From positions 3,454-67,453 of the forward strand of contig CAWHLR010000028.1 of NCBI GenBank assembly GCA_963830235.1: a DNA stretch of 64,000 nucleotides. Reading direction: 5' to 3'. Under the pieces are notes generated by a model that did not search any database, was not told the DNA's origin, and saw only the letters and a program-made list of their open reading frames with translations. Below, piece after piece: positions 1 to 10,900 of this stretch; within the stretch, counting starts at the first letter, position 1; every line of letters begins with the position of its first letter. This DNA comes from an uncultured Verrucomicrobiae bacterium (GTDB lineage: Bacteria; Verrucomicrobiota; Verrucomicrobiia; Limisphaerales; UBA11358). The position numbers and the translations under genes are program-made.

Positions 1-389
1 TGGTTTATTTCGTGGATTCTTCGTTCACCGTCGGGCTGACGCGCGGCGTTTATCAGGTGGAATATGCCTGCGACCCGCCGAATGTTTCCAAGGCGCGCGC
101 CGTGATTTTGCGCGATCTGGCGGACATGCGGGCGAAAAAAGTGACGGCGCAGGAATTGCATCAGGCCAAGTTGATGCTGCTCCGCGACATTCCGTTGGCG
201 GAATCGAGCGTGGACTGGATTGCCAACGGCTGGCTTACCTATTCGGCGCTGGGGCTGCCGCTCGATGAACGCGTTCACGCGGGACGTATTTGCGTCAAGC
301 TCGACGCTCAAGACATCCAAAGCGCCTTTGCCAGGTGGCTTCGTCCGAACGGCCTCGTGCAAGTAACGCAAGGGCCTGCGCCAAAATAA
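1..389 (+). CDS. C-terminal fragment of an M16-family (pitrilysin/insulinase-like) peptidase; 5' end lies outside the window
   Basis: The reading frame is open to the window edge. The tail (...VTAQELHQAKLMLLRDIPLAESSVDWIANGW...) resembles the non-catalytic C-terminal half of M16 peptidases. Family recalled from memory, not searched. Confidence 0.45.
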   Translation, partial: VYFVDSSFTVGLTRGVYQVEYACDPPNVSKARAVILRDLADMRAKKVTAQELHQAKLMLLRDIPLAESSVDWIANGWLTYSALGLPLDERVHAGRICVKLDAQDIQSAFARWLRPNGLVQVTQGPAPK

Positions 390-625
390 AAACAAAGCCA
401 GACTGTAAACGCGCGGCGCTCATGCTTCACCGCACGAGTGATTTTGGACGATTGTAAATCGCAGGCCTGCGGATGTTGAAGCGATCCCACACGTGCGAGA
501 TCGCGCGCCTTTCGCAGCCCACGACAAAACTCCGGATTCAGGCTGAATGATTTTACATGCCTTTTCCGACCCCCGGCCGGAATCATCAATTTATCAATAA
601 AAACAGGGTGCGAACCGTATTTTTC

Positions 626-641
626 TGGCACATGAATTGCA
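626..641 (+). promoter_or_regulatory. Candidate sigma-54 (-24/-12) promoter
   Basis: Exact match TGGCAC-N5-TTGCA (tggcacatgaattgca) to the RpoN consensus TGGCAC-N5-TTGCW, 13 nt upstream of the ATG at 654. Confidence 0.5.
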
Positions 642-653
642 GCAAAAAGCGGC

Positions 654-872
654 ATGGCTAGAAAAATGAATGCGCTGAAACTCGCACAAGAAACACGCGG
701 ACAGGCTGCGGTCACCAACCGTCAGCCCGTGCCGCAAGTGGCGCTATATTTCATGCAGCCCCGCGTGGAATCGTTGAAAATTTCTCCGCCAAGACGCCGG
801 CTACAGGTTGCCATTGATGCTGAAGCGCGCGCTGAAGCTTCCGTCCCCGTCAAAATCATCCATACTGTCTGA
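654..872 (+). CDS. Small hypothetical protein (72 aa, or 68 aa from the ATG at 666)
   Basis: The only ORF directly downstream of the sigma-54-like promoter. No recognisable domain. Confidence 0.3.
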   Translation: MARKMNALKLAQETRGQAAVTNRQPVPQVALYFMQPRVESLKISPPRRRLQVAIDAEARAEASVPVKIIHTV

Positions 873-1301
873 TTATAAGGCACTGGTGCGCTAGATTGTG
901 TATAGTGTGGACATGACCACTAATTGCTCTGTAAATCATCAGGAAAAACAAGCGACTCGACAAATTTCTTGGCATCCTTTGATTCGTAATAGGCTTCAAG
1001 CTGGGCGTGAAATAAATTTACAGCCGTCTCATACGAATTACGCAGTTTTTGATTCAATATGGCGCGGTCCTCACCACCCCGAACCATCAAAATCCCGAAT
1101 CGCCGCAAGGTGTGCCTGCTGGTGTGACATCATGCGGATGGTTAAAAGGTGCTGGTCTGCTATGGTTTTCACGAATGTTTCAATCAGCCTTTCGATTGTG
1201 TCGAACCGTTTATTCAATGCGTCATCATTCATAGTGTAGTGCGGGCGGGGTTAGTAATCCAAAACTGAATTAGCCCGCCGTGCCAGTCAACCCCAAGTTG
1301 T

Positions 1302-1829
1302 TCACCGCAATTCACAAATAAGCAATTCCTCAATCGTCCATGCGTGGTCTGTAATCCCCGCCGCTTGCGCTGGCGTCTTGCCGTGTGCGCCATGAATCCG
1401 GCAGAAGTTGAAATATCCAATCAGCAACGCCGTTGAATGCTTCAAGTTGTCCAGCACCTTTGAAAAGCCAAGCGTCAATCGCGTGTAACGGCGGTTAAAC
1501 AGGCGGACGCTCAAATTCGTGCGTTCAACGTGGCTGGTGCTGATTAGTTCAACGTCTGGATTGCCAATGCGAATAAACGTCTTGACGCTAAGGCAGCGGC
1601 GGTCAACTGGCCATGCCAGCCGGACCTTTTTGGGCAATGTGCCTTTATGCGTGAATCGCTTCACCTGTTGCGCGAAATGGACGTTGTTTCCAAACGTGTT
1701 GGCAATGGCTGTCGGATAAGCCTTAAAGCCGTCCGTGGTGATCTGTGGCTCGCCTTTGACCCGTTTTCGCAAGTCCGCGATGAAAGCGTCTGTCTCGCCT
1801 TCCTCGCGCTTGCCAATCCAATACACCAC
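1302..1829 (-). pseudogene. IS1-family-like DDE transposase, C-terminal portion only (N-terminal HTH and first catalytic part missing)
   Basis: ...ITTDGFKAYPTAIANTFG...HVERTNLSVRLFNRRYTRLTLGFSKVLDNLKHSTALLIGYFNFCRIH... matches the conserved C-terminal half of IS1-type transposases. An in-frame TAA lies immediately upstream of the GTG start, and no intact N-terminus is found nearby. Confidence 0.6.
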
Positions 1830-2328
1830 CGCCGATTATAAGACAGTGCCGCGCTCTGAATTGTCTCAGCGGAATTCCACCTGCTCAAAGCCCGCCTGAC
1901 GCAGAAACAAGTCCAGTTCCAAACGCGCCCGCTTGTCTGCTTCGTCCAAAATTCCGTCCGCTCGCGCCGCAATCGTTTTGCAGACGAGCGACGGACAGCA
2001 GCGATCCCCGGCGAGAATTGCATCCGTCCGCGACTTTTCAAATTGTGAATAAGTATTTCTGGACAAACCACATTAGATGCGTTAAAAACGTTGTCGCAAT
2101 TTCAGAAAGCTTTTCAGGTAGGGTTGGGATTTAGGGTTGGCCTTGTCGTTTAAGGTTAACATCACAGACGAAAATGGTGTTGGTACGGGTGTCGGATGCG
2201 ATGAATACTTGGTGTCACAAGCCCTTTCGGGCGGGAACGTTGCCTTCGGTCGAAGGCAATGGCGCAACCGCTTTTCGATCTTCACACTTTCAGTTTCCAA
2301 AAAACACTTCACTCGAAAAGGCAACCAC

Positions 2329-4914
2329 ATGAAGTCAAACATCTCCATTGCAAGAATCACCTCCGCCACAAAGTTGCTGCTGCTCCTGCTGTTGTTAGCG
2401 GTGCCAGCTGCGATGCCGGCCCAAACTTACACGAACAATTACGGCATCTGGACTTTCGCTAACAATGGCGACCACACGATCACCATTACCGGATTCGCCG
2501 GCGCCGGCGGTGCGGTGGTCATCCCCGGCACGATCAACAGCCTGCCGATCTCCAGCATCGGGAGCGGGGCGTTCAATGAATGTGCCAGCCTGACCAGCGT
2601 CATTATCCCCAACGGCGTCACCAGCATTGGGAGCTATGCGTTCTCCTTGTGCATCAGCCTGAATCAAGTCTGTTTCCAAGGCAATGCCCCCAGTGCTGAT
2701 TCAACTGTGTTTTCCGGAGACAACCAAGCGACTGCCTGTTACTTGCCAGGGACCACGGGTTGGGGTTCGACGTTTGGCGGTATTCCGACCGCGACTTGGT
2801 TGCTTCCGAACCCGTTAATCCTAAATTTCGGCCCCAGCTTTGGCGTGCAAGCAAACAATTTCGGTTTCATCGTTTCTTGGGCAACCAATCTCTCCGTCGT
2901 GGTGGAAGCCTGCACTAATCTTGCCAGCCCCATTTGGCAGCCAGTCGCAACCAACACCCTCACCGGCGGCTCATCCTATTTCCAAGATTCACTGTGGATG
3001 AATTACCCCGCACGTTTCTACTGCGTCGGCAACCCGCAGGCGCAGGTCTATTCCCCGAACGTCGTTGGCTACGTCAACATGATCATTCCCGCTCACCAAT
3101 ACCAAGTGGTTGGGAATCAGTTGATCAATGGGTCTGATGCTGGTCAGCAAAACGGCGACGTTAATGCCTGTTTCCTCAGCGGATTTGTTTCCGATCCAAA
3201 TGGTCAGGCTGGTTTGCTTAACGATGGAAATGGAACCAACACTGTTTTGTTCCAGTGGATGGGTTCTGGTTATAACAATTACTATTTTTTCAGTTCAGCG
3301 GATGCCACTTACTGGGAATACGGTGGGCCAGGCGGGCCGACTTATCCCGCTGGCTGGTATGATGGAATATCAGGCGACCCGGCTTCAGTTTATTTGACCG
3401 ATGGCCTTGCCTGTTTCATATACAATCCTTCCAGTAAAGCCATGACCAACACCTTTGCCGGTACTGTGTTTCAAGGAACAAATTACTCGCTCATAAAAGG
3501 CGGTTATAATTTGATTTCGCTACAGGCACCCATATCAACCAACATTACGATTGCGGGTTATGGATTGCCCCCGCTGACCTCCGATCCCAATGGTCCGGCT
3601 GGTGTATATAACGATGGGAATGGAACCAATGACGTATATTTCCAATGGGCGGGTCTTGGCTATAATAACTTCTATTATTTTAATTCGGCGGATGCAATCA
3701 CATGGGAAGCGAACGGCACTGCCGCCGGCTTTTATGACGGGATAACGGGCGACCCGACGCCTAATTACGCCAATCCCGCGATTAACCAGGGTTTCTTCCT
3801 GTACCATTTCGGCAGCCCAATTACGTGGACCAATGCCTTCACAATTCCGAACGCGGGCTTGGCCGGGGCTTACACGGTTCTTTCGGGTTCGCTGACCAAT
3901 TATACATTCGCGTCCGACACGACGTATTACATCCAAACAACCATCCAATTATACGGTGTCACGACCATCGAAGGTGGAGCGATAATCAAATTTACGGGTC
4001 AACCAGCACAACTGACATTAAACGGGGCATTGGTCTGTCTGACCGGCCCCGCCAACATGGCCATCTTGACCTCCAAGGATGACAATTCCGTGGGCGCAAC
4101 CATATCCGGAAGCACTGGCAATCCAAGCAATGCCAATGGCGGGACGTATCTTTTAGCCGGGAGCGGGCAGACCAATAATTACACTTTTTTGAAGCTGTCA
4201 TATGCCGGCGTCGGCATTTTCGGTTCCGGCACGGTGAACGTCCGGGACAGTCAATTTGCGCAGTGTGGGACGGCGGTGGGCTGCGGTGCCGGAGGGACAG
4301 TGATACTGATGAACAACCTGTTTTATTACTCCGTCATCGCCAATTTTGCCACCAACCTTCAGTCCACAATCGCCCTGTCCAACAATCTGGTGTTTGGTAC
4401 CACCGTCAACCTGCCTCAACCTCCAAGCCCCGTCTGGCGTGCCTTTAACAATGCCTTCGACACCTGCACCTTTATTAATTCCACATTGACCAACAGCTAC
4501 AACGCCTACCTCAACTGCAACGGACGGCTGTACCCGACCAATGTGAACGACATCGTATCCGCCGGCAGCCTGGCCTATCAAACCGGACCGTTGGGCAACT
4601 TTTATCAGCCCGCCAACAGCCCGCTCATCAATGCAGGCAGCACGACGGCAGATCAAGTCGGCCTCTATCACTACACAACGACAACCAACCAGGTAAAGGA
4701 GGCCTATTCCATAGTGGACATCGGCTTCCATTATGTGGCGGTGGACAGCAACGGCAACCCGATTGACACCGATGGCGACGGTATGCCGGATTACCTGGAG
4801 GATGCCAATGGGAATGGTGTTTATGATGCTGGTGAGCCGGGCAATTGGCTCATCAATGCCTTCAACGGCTTGTCACCAAACAACGGGCTGCTGGTGTTCA
4901 CCCCGCTCAAGTGA
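2329..4914 (+). CDS. Secreted surface protein: BspA-type leucine-rich repeats, a duplicated unknown ~130-aa module, a right-handed beta-helix region and a thrombospondin type-3-like Ca-binding tail
   Basis: Signal peptide MKSNISIARITSATKLLLLLLLLAVPAAMPAQ at the internal ATG at 2329. LRR_5-like IPGTINSLPISSIGSGAFNECASLTSVIIPNGVTSIGSYAFSLC. Two paralogous blocks (SDPNGQAGLLNDGNGTNTVLFQWMGSGYNNYYFF... / SDPNGPAGVYNDGNGTNDVYFQWAGLGYNNFYYF...). C-terminal DTDGDGMPDYLEDANGNGVYDAGE. Confidence 0.75.
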   Translation: MKSNISIARITSATKLLLLLLLLAVPAAMPAQTYTNNYGIWTFANNGDHTITITGFAGAGGAVVIPGTINSLPISSIGSGAFNECASLTSVIIPNGVTSIGSYAFSLCISLNQVCFQGNAPSADSTVFSGDNQATACYLPGTTGWGSTFGGIPTATWLLPNPLILNFGPSFGVQANNFGFIVSWATNLSVVVEACTNLASPIWQPVATNTLTGGSSYFQDSLWMNYPARFYCVGNPQAQVYSPNVVGYVNMIIPAHQYQVVGNQLINGSDAGQQNGDVNACFLSGFVSDPNGQAGLLNDGNGTNTVLFQWMGSGYNNYYFFSSADATYWEYGGPGGPTYPAGWYDGISGDPASVYLTDGLACFIYNPSSKAMTNTFAGTVFQGTNYSLIKGGYNLISLQAPISTNITIAGYGLPPLTSDPNGPAGVYNDGNGTNDVYFQWAGLGYNNFYYFNSADAITWEANGTAAGFYDGITGDPTPNYANPAINQGFFLYHFGSPITWTNAFTIPNAGLAGAYTVLSGSLTNYTFASDTTYYIQTTIQLYGVTTIEGGAIIKFTGQPAQLTLNGALVCLTGPANMAILTSKDDNSVGATISGSTGNPSNANGGTYLLAGSGQTNNYTFLKLSYAGVGIFGSGTVNVRDSQFAQCGTAVGCGAGGTVILMNNLFYYSVIANFATNLQSTIALSNNLVFGTTVNLPQPPSPVWRAFNNAFDTCTFINSTLTNSYNAYLNCNGRLYPTNVNDIVSAGSLAYQTGPLGNFYQPANSPLINAGSTTADQVGLYHYTTTTNQVKEAYSIVDIGFHYVAVDSNGNPIDTDGDGMPDYLEDANGNGVYDAGEPGNWLINAFNGLSPNNGLLVFTPLK

Positions 4915-4964
4915 AACAATGAGATTATACATCATTTTGGAATAAGACCGTATTGAATACTTTT

Positions 4965-7900
4965 ATGAAACCTATTTGCCGAATTTCACCCACCTGGACA
5001 GCGATACTGCTCATGCTTTTAGTTGCAGGCCTGATAACACTTGCCGAAGAAGCCAAAGCACAATCGTGTCCTGCTTTTTGCTTGGAGACAAAATCTGCCA
5101 GCGCCGGCAAAAGCAAATGCGGGTTCCCCGAAAATACCTGTAACATCAGTTCACCTCCCAATATATACCTCCAAAAACAGGAAATTTTAAATTGGAACCT
5201 TAGCTGGGAAGATGACAATAAGGAATATTGGGCCGATAACGAATGCAACCCTGCAAAGTATATGGGCTTCTTGAATGCAACGGAATCCGGTGACTACGAA
5301 ATGACACATATTACCACGCGTGACAGATGGTCATGTCAGTACACTTGTACCAGATCTGGCAATGCTCATTTTCATTCTGTTTCATCGTGGGATGATGATG
5401 ATGGGACGATATATACTGATCAGTATTCTTATGATGGACAAATCATTAACACCAGCACCACCTCTTGCGACGCGGATGTGTGGAGCGACAACGGCGCAGC
5501 CAAGAACGCTGTGGACGAAATTGGGCAAGCTTTGGCTAATTCCAATGACATCTTCCCCAACAACCCTTCGTGCAATTCTATGGTAGTTGTGAATCCCAAT
5601 ATTAATGGCAGTGACGATTATTCGGGGACAAATTGCCCTATTTATGATGGCAGCGGCGATTGGTATCTTGACCAAAATGTACATAAAGCGAGTTGTATCG
5701 AAAACGATACCACCACGTTATTAAGCCTATATTCAACACCGTTGCTTCTGGGTGATGTGATGACTCTATTGGCGCCTATGTTCGATGCGGCAACATGGCG
5801 GACCGTTGGCGTGGCGTCCGGTTCCGCCAACCTTTCTCTGGATGAAATGTCCGCAGGAAAGACGAAGGCATACTATCGTTTTCACCTGTCAAAGACCGAT
5901 GTGGATACACGATATATTTTCACATGGCCCATTCACATCACCACGACTACAACCATCATTACCCCAACAGGCCCGAATAATATCGTGTCTAAAACAACAG
6001 AGACCAAAAGTTGTTCCGTTGATGGCACCGGTGGCGAAGCGATATCACAGGAACAACATGATCTTGATATAGACTTTCCGGGTGCGGGAGTTACAGTAAC
6101 AAAGTCAGTCAACAGATTGGAAGTCCAAGTGCAAACCGTTTCGTTGGGTGGCGGTGGTGGCGGTGGTGGCGGTGGTGGCGGATGTGGTAGTTGCGGTGGT
6201 GGCGGCGGTGGTAGTAATACCGCCGGTGCGGGTGGTGCTAATTTAGACGACCCCAGCTTGAACATTTCTCTGGGGTATAACAGCGTCGGGTTTCCTGTTG
6301 GGAATCTTTCCCTCAATCCCACTGCCCCGACAGTGGCCACTCCCGCGCTGGTTCAACTTTTTGCAATGGATGCCGATGTGAGCGCGGTGACCAACAACGG
6401 ATGCCTGAGGCAGGTCCTGGCTTCCCAGATGCTGGCGGATATCGTTTCCAATTCCCCAAGCCAGTTTGACATCAATTTCTATGATGCCAGCAATTTTTCA
6501 ACCGCGTCGGCGGGCGGGCTTTACCCGGTCACCGCCAACGGGGAATTTTTAACGTGGCGGATTGAGAATCCGGGTGGCACCAATGACCTCTACAACCTGC
6601 GCATGATTGAAATCCGGAACGGGCACAACATAACCAACTTGTTTACCTGGGCGACCAATGGCAGTCAGATCACTTTTCTGGCTGGCAACGGCCTGAAAAA
6701 GGAAACGCAGCAGCGATTTTGGAACCAGGCCAACACGGTCATGACCGAGGTTTCCAAGATTCTCACCGCCGATGATGTGCCGGTCTATTCCAAAACCAAT
6801 TTATACCAGGTCGGTTCCGGAGGCACGCTCCTTGCTAGCAGTGTGGAGGGAACGGACAGCCATGCGCGCACAACCACCTACAGTTATACCGGTGATAACA
6901 GGCTGCAGCAAGTGAATCATCCCGACGGCACATGGGAGAGCTATAGTTACGATGCCAATGGCCGAATTACACAAAAGAATTGGGCGAATCATTACGCCAC
7001 CTACAGCTACACGCCTTTGGGCGGCGGCGATGACGGCTCATTCGAGCCGGATGTTGCTCGAACCGTTACGGATTATTTTAATGGCAGCGTTGTGGGGAGG
7101 CAATTTAGTGTCCTTACCCCCAACCAGCGGATTGAAATCCAGGCAACCGATGCCGCCGCTGTGTGGAATGATCCCGGAAACCTTTATACCACCAACAACT
7201 TCGACGCATACTTGCGGCTGGCTTCGGCGATTTATCCCAATCTGACGGCCAGATGGTTCCAGTATGACATCAACGCCACTGGCCGAACCAATACGGTGTA
7301 TTCCGGCTATTGGAATGGTTCGGCCTGGGTGACCAACAAGGTAATGGTAACGGTGTTAGGGTTGAATGGCCGCTTGCTCTCCGTCATTTCCACCGAAGAC
7401 GGCCTTCTTGCCGACTCGACAACGTACACGAACTACGACGCGTTGGGGCGGGTTGGCACAATCCAATATCTGGATGGCACCTCCATTTCCTACCAATACG
7501 ATTGTTGTGGCATTGGCTCCATGACCGATCGTAATGGATTGGTGACCATCAACAGTTTTGACGATCTTAAACGGGTTTCCAGCAAAGCGGTGTATGATGT
7601 TCCAGGGATGATTGTCTGGCATTACAATTATGATCCAACTGATCATTTGCTTTCCACTGTCCGACAAGGCGCGGATCAAACCTCCATTGCCTTGGGTGTT
7701 GCCACATTTGACGACGCCGGCCATCAATTGAGTTCAATGGATGCTTTGGGTAATTCCACCACGTATTCTGAATCCCTGGACAACAATAATAATTTCGTGC
7801 GCACCACCACCTATCCTGACGGCGGCACCCGGATCGAAACGTTCGGGCGGGATGGCTCCTTGCAGAGCGTGACCGGCGCGGCGGTGCATCGAGTACGTTA

Positions 7901-10900
7901 TAGCTATGGGGTTGAAAATGATGAAAACGGCAATAACTGCACCTATACGATGGAGATTAAGCTTAACACCAGTGGTGCCGATTCATCCGAATGGACGGAG
8001 ACTTATACTGACATGGCTGGCCGGACAACCGAAGTCCTCTATGCCGACTACTCCTACAGCCAATCCTTCTACAATTCCAAAGGCCAGCTCTGGAAACAAG
8101 TTGATCCCGATGGCATCACCACACTTTACCAATACAACAACAAAGGCGAGCTGGCATATACCGTCGTTGACATGAATCAAAATGACAGCATTGATTTCAA
8201 CGGCCCTGACCGCGTCACACAAACAACCAATGACGTGACAACGGATAACGGCGTGAATGCCCGCCGCACGCGCGCTTATGCTTATCCCGCGGATAACTCT
8301 TCCAGTTCAATGCTTTTGTCAACCACAGAGACCTCCATGGATGGTCTGCGAACGTGCAGGATTGTCTGGAACAATGGCGCAGGCGTGACGAATCAGACGC
8401 GGACAGTCTATGCGGCCAACGGTTCCCGCCATGTCACCAATACCGCCCCGGATAATTCTTACACCGTTGGCACTTATTCCTACGGCCGGCTTGTTTCCGT
8501 CACCCGTTACGACTCCCTTGGCAATCAGTTATCGGCCATTGGCTATTCATACGACGCTCATGGCAGACAGAGTATGACGACCGACGCCCGCAATGGCGCC
8601 ACCACCTACGGCTATAACAACGCCGACCTCGTAACTTCCATCACCACGCCCGCTCCAGGTAATGGCCAGTCCGCCGAGGTCACCACCACGCTTTATGACA
8701 ACATGCTGCGCCCATACAGTGTCATCCAGCCCGATGGCACGACGGTCAATAGTGTTTATTTGCTGACCGGTGAGTTGGGATTGCAATACGGTTCGCGCAC
8801 CTATCCAGTGGCCTACAGTTACGATTACGCCGGGCGTCTGAAAACAATGACCAACTGGAGCAATTTTAGTGGCAGCAGCGGGGCACGGGTGACCATGTGG
8901 AATTACGACGCCTATCGCGGGTTCCTTGCCGGCAAAACCTACGACGGCGGCACCGCCGGGCCGTCCTACACCTACACTCCGGCTGGACGTCTGGTCTCAC
9001 GCACTTGGGCTCGTGGCGTCACAACCACCTACGGCTATGACAATGCCGGTTTGCTATCGGCTATTGGCTATTCGGACGCCACTCCAGGCGTCACGAACAC
9101 CTATGACCGCCTGGGCCACCTCACCCAACAATCAACCCCCAGCTATCAACTGAATTCCGCCTACAACCTGGCCGGCGAACTGGTAAAAGAATCCTGGTCC
9201 GGCGGCCCGTTGAACGGCCTTTCCGTGACCAACAGCTACGACCAATACCTCCGCCGCATCAACCTTGCTCTCAACTCTCAACTCTCAACCCTCAACTCGA
9301 CTGCTTACGGCTACGACCCCGCTTCACGCCTGTCCACCGTTTCAGACGGCAACAATGATTCGGCAACATACACATATCTTGCCAATTCGCCATTGGTGAG
9401 CCAGATTATGTTCAAGCAAAACGGCACGACACGGATGACGACCACCAAGTCATACGATTATCTGAACCGGCTCACAACCATCTCGTCCACTGGGAGCGCC
9501 GGCGTCCCGCCGTCAATTTCCTTCAATTACAATTACAACTCCGCCAACCAGCGCACGCGCAACGCGTTGGCCGACGGCAGTTATTGGATTTACGGTTATG
9601 ATCCGCTGGGCCAGGTGACCAACGGCTGCAAGTTTTTCGCGGACGGCACACCCGTCGCCGGCCAGCAGTTCGATTACACCTTCGACACCATCGGCAACCG
9701 CACCCAAACCCAAAGCGGCGGCGACCAGAATGGCATGAACCTGCGCGTCGCAAATTATTCCGCGAACAACCTCAATCAAATCACCAGCCGGGATGTGCCG
9801 GCTTACGTGGACATCAAGGGCGCGAGCATTGCCACCAACACGGTGACGGTCAACAGCCAGACAGCCTATCGCAAATGGGAATACTTCCGCAGCGAACTGC
9901 CCGTCAACAACAGTTCATCGGCGCTGTGGACGAGCATTGCGGTCTCGGCCACCGGACAGGGTTCCGTGTCGGGAAAAGTGTTCGTACCCCAAACACCGGA
10001 AAGCTTCGCCTACGACGCGGATGGGAACCTGATCCATGACGGGCGGTTCACCTACGCTTGGGACGCGGAGAACCGGCTGACCAACATGACCAGCCTGGCC
10101 ACCGCTCCGGCGGGGTCAAAATTGAAATTGGATTTTGCCTACGACGCCCAAGGCCGGCGGATTCAGAAGGTTGTCTCGACGAACAACGGCTCGATTTATG
10201 TGACACAATACACCAACCGGTTTGTTTATGACGGGTGGAACCTGATTGCCATCCTCAATCCTCAATCTTCCATCCTCGAATCTTTCGTATGGGGCGACGA
10301 CTTGAGCGGTTCACAGCAAGGCGCTGGCGGCGTGGGTGGATTATTGGAAGTCAGTTATTATGGAACTTCAACCACCAATTGCTTCGCCATTTACGATGGG
10401 AACGGCAATGTGGCGGCGTTGGTGAACGCAGCGGATGGAACCACGCTGGCCAGCTACGAATATGGTCCCTTCGGTGAGGTCATCCGCTCCACCGAACCGA
10501 TGGCAAAAAACAATCCTTTCCGGTTCTCAACCAAATATCAGGATGATGAAACGGATTTGCTTTACTACGGTTACAGATATTACAAGCCTTCCACCGGAAC
10601 TTGGTTAAGTCGCGATCCTATATTTGAACTGGCCCAGCAAAAAACAAAACTTAACAGCATAGAAGATTATAATTATATTTTAGGATTAAAGGGAACACAT
10701 AATATGTATACTTTTTGCGCGAACGCTGCTCCTATGTGGGTAGACACAGACGGTCGTTTTGCGGTCACCATAACAGCTGCAATAATTGCCGGAGGGTGTG
10801 TAATTGTCGCTGCAGTAATTGCATATTATGCCAGTGGTTGCCAACCTGGAGATATGAAGAATGTGGATGCTGAATACTGGTGTTGGAAACCGTGTGGAAC

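Noticed and set aside
1866-2066. 66-aa ORF upstream of the IS1-like fragment as the missing transposase N-terminus
   Set aside because: Its sequence (..ILAGDRCCPSLVCKTIAARADGILDEADKRARLELD..) does not resemble the HTH/zinc-finger N-terminus of IS1-type transposases that I recall.
5933-6340. 135-aa antisense ORF with a long poly-Pro run
   Set aside because: It is the reverse-complement reading of the (GGT/GGC)n poly-Gly tract inside the Rhs gene, not an independent gene.
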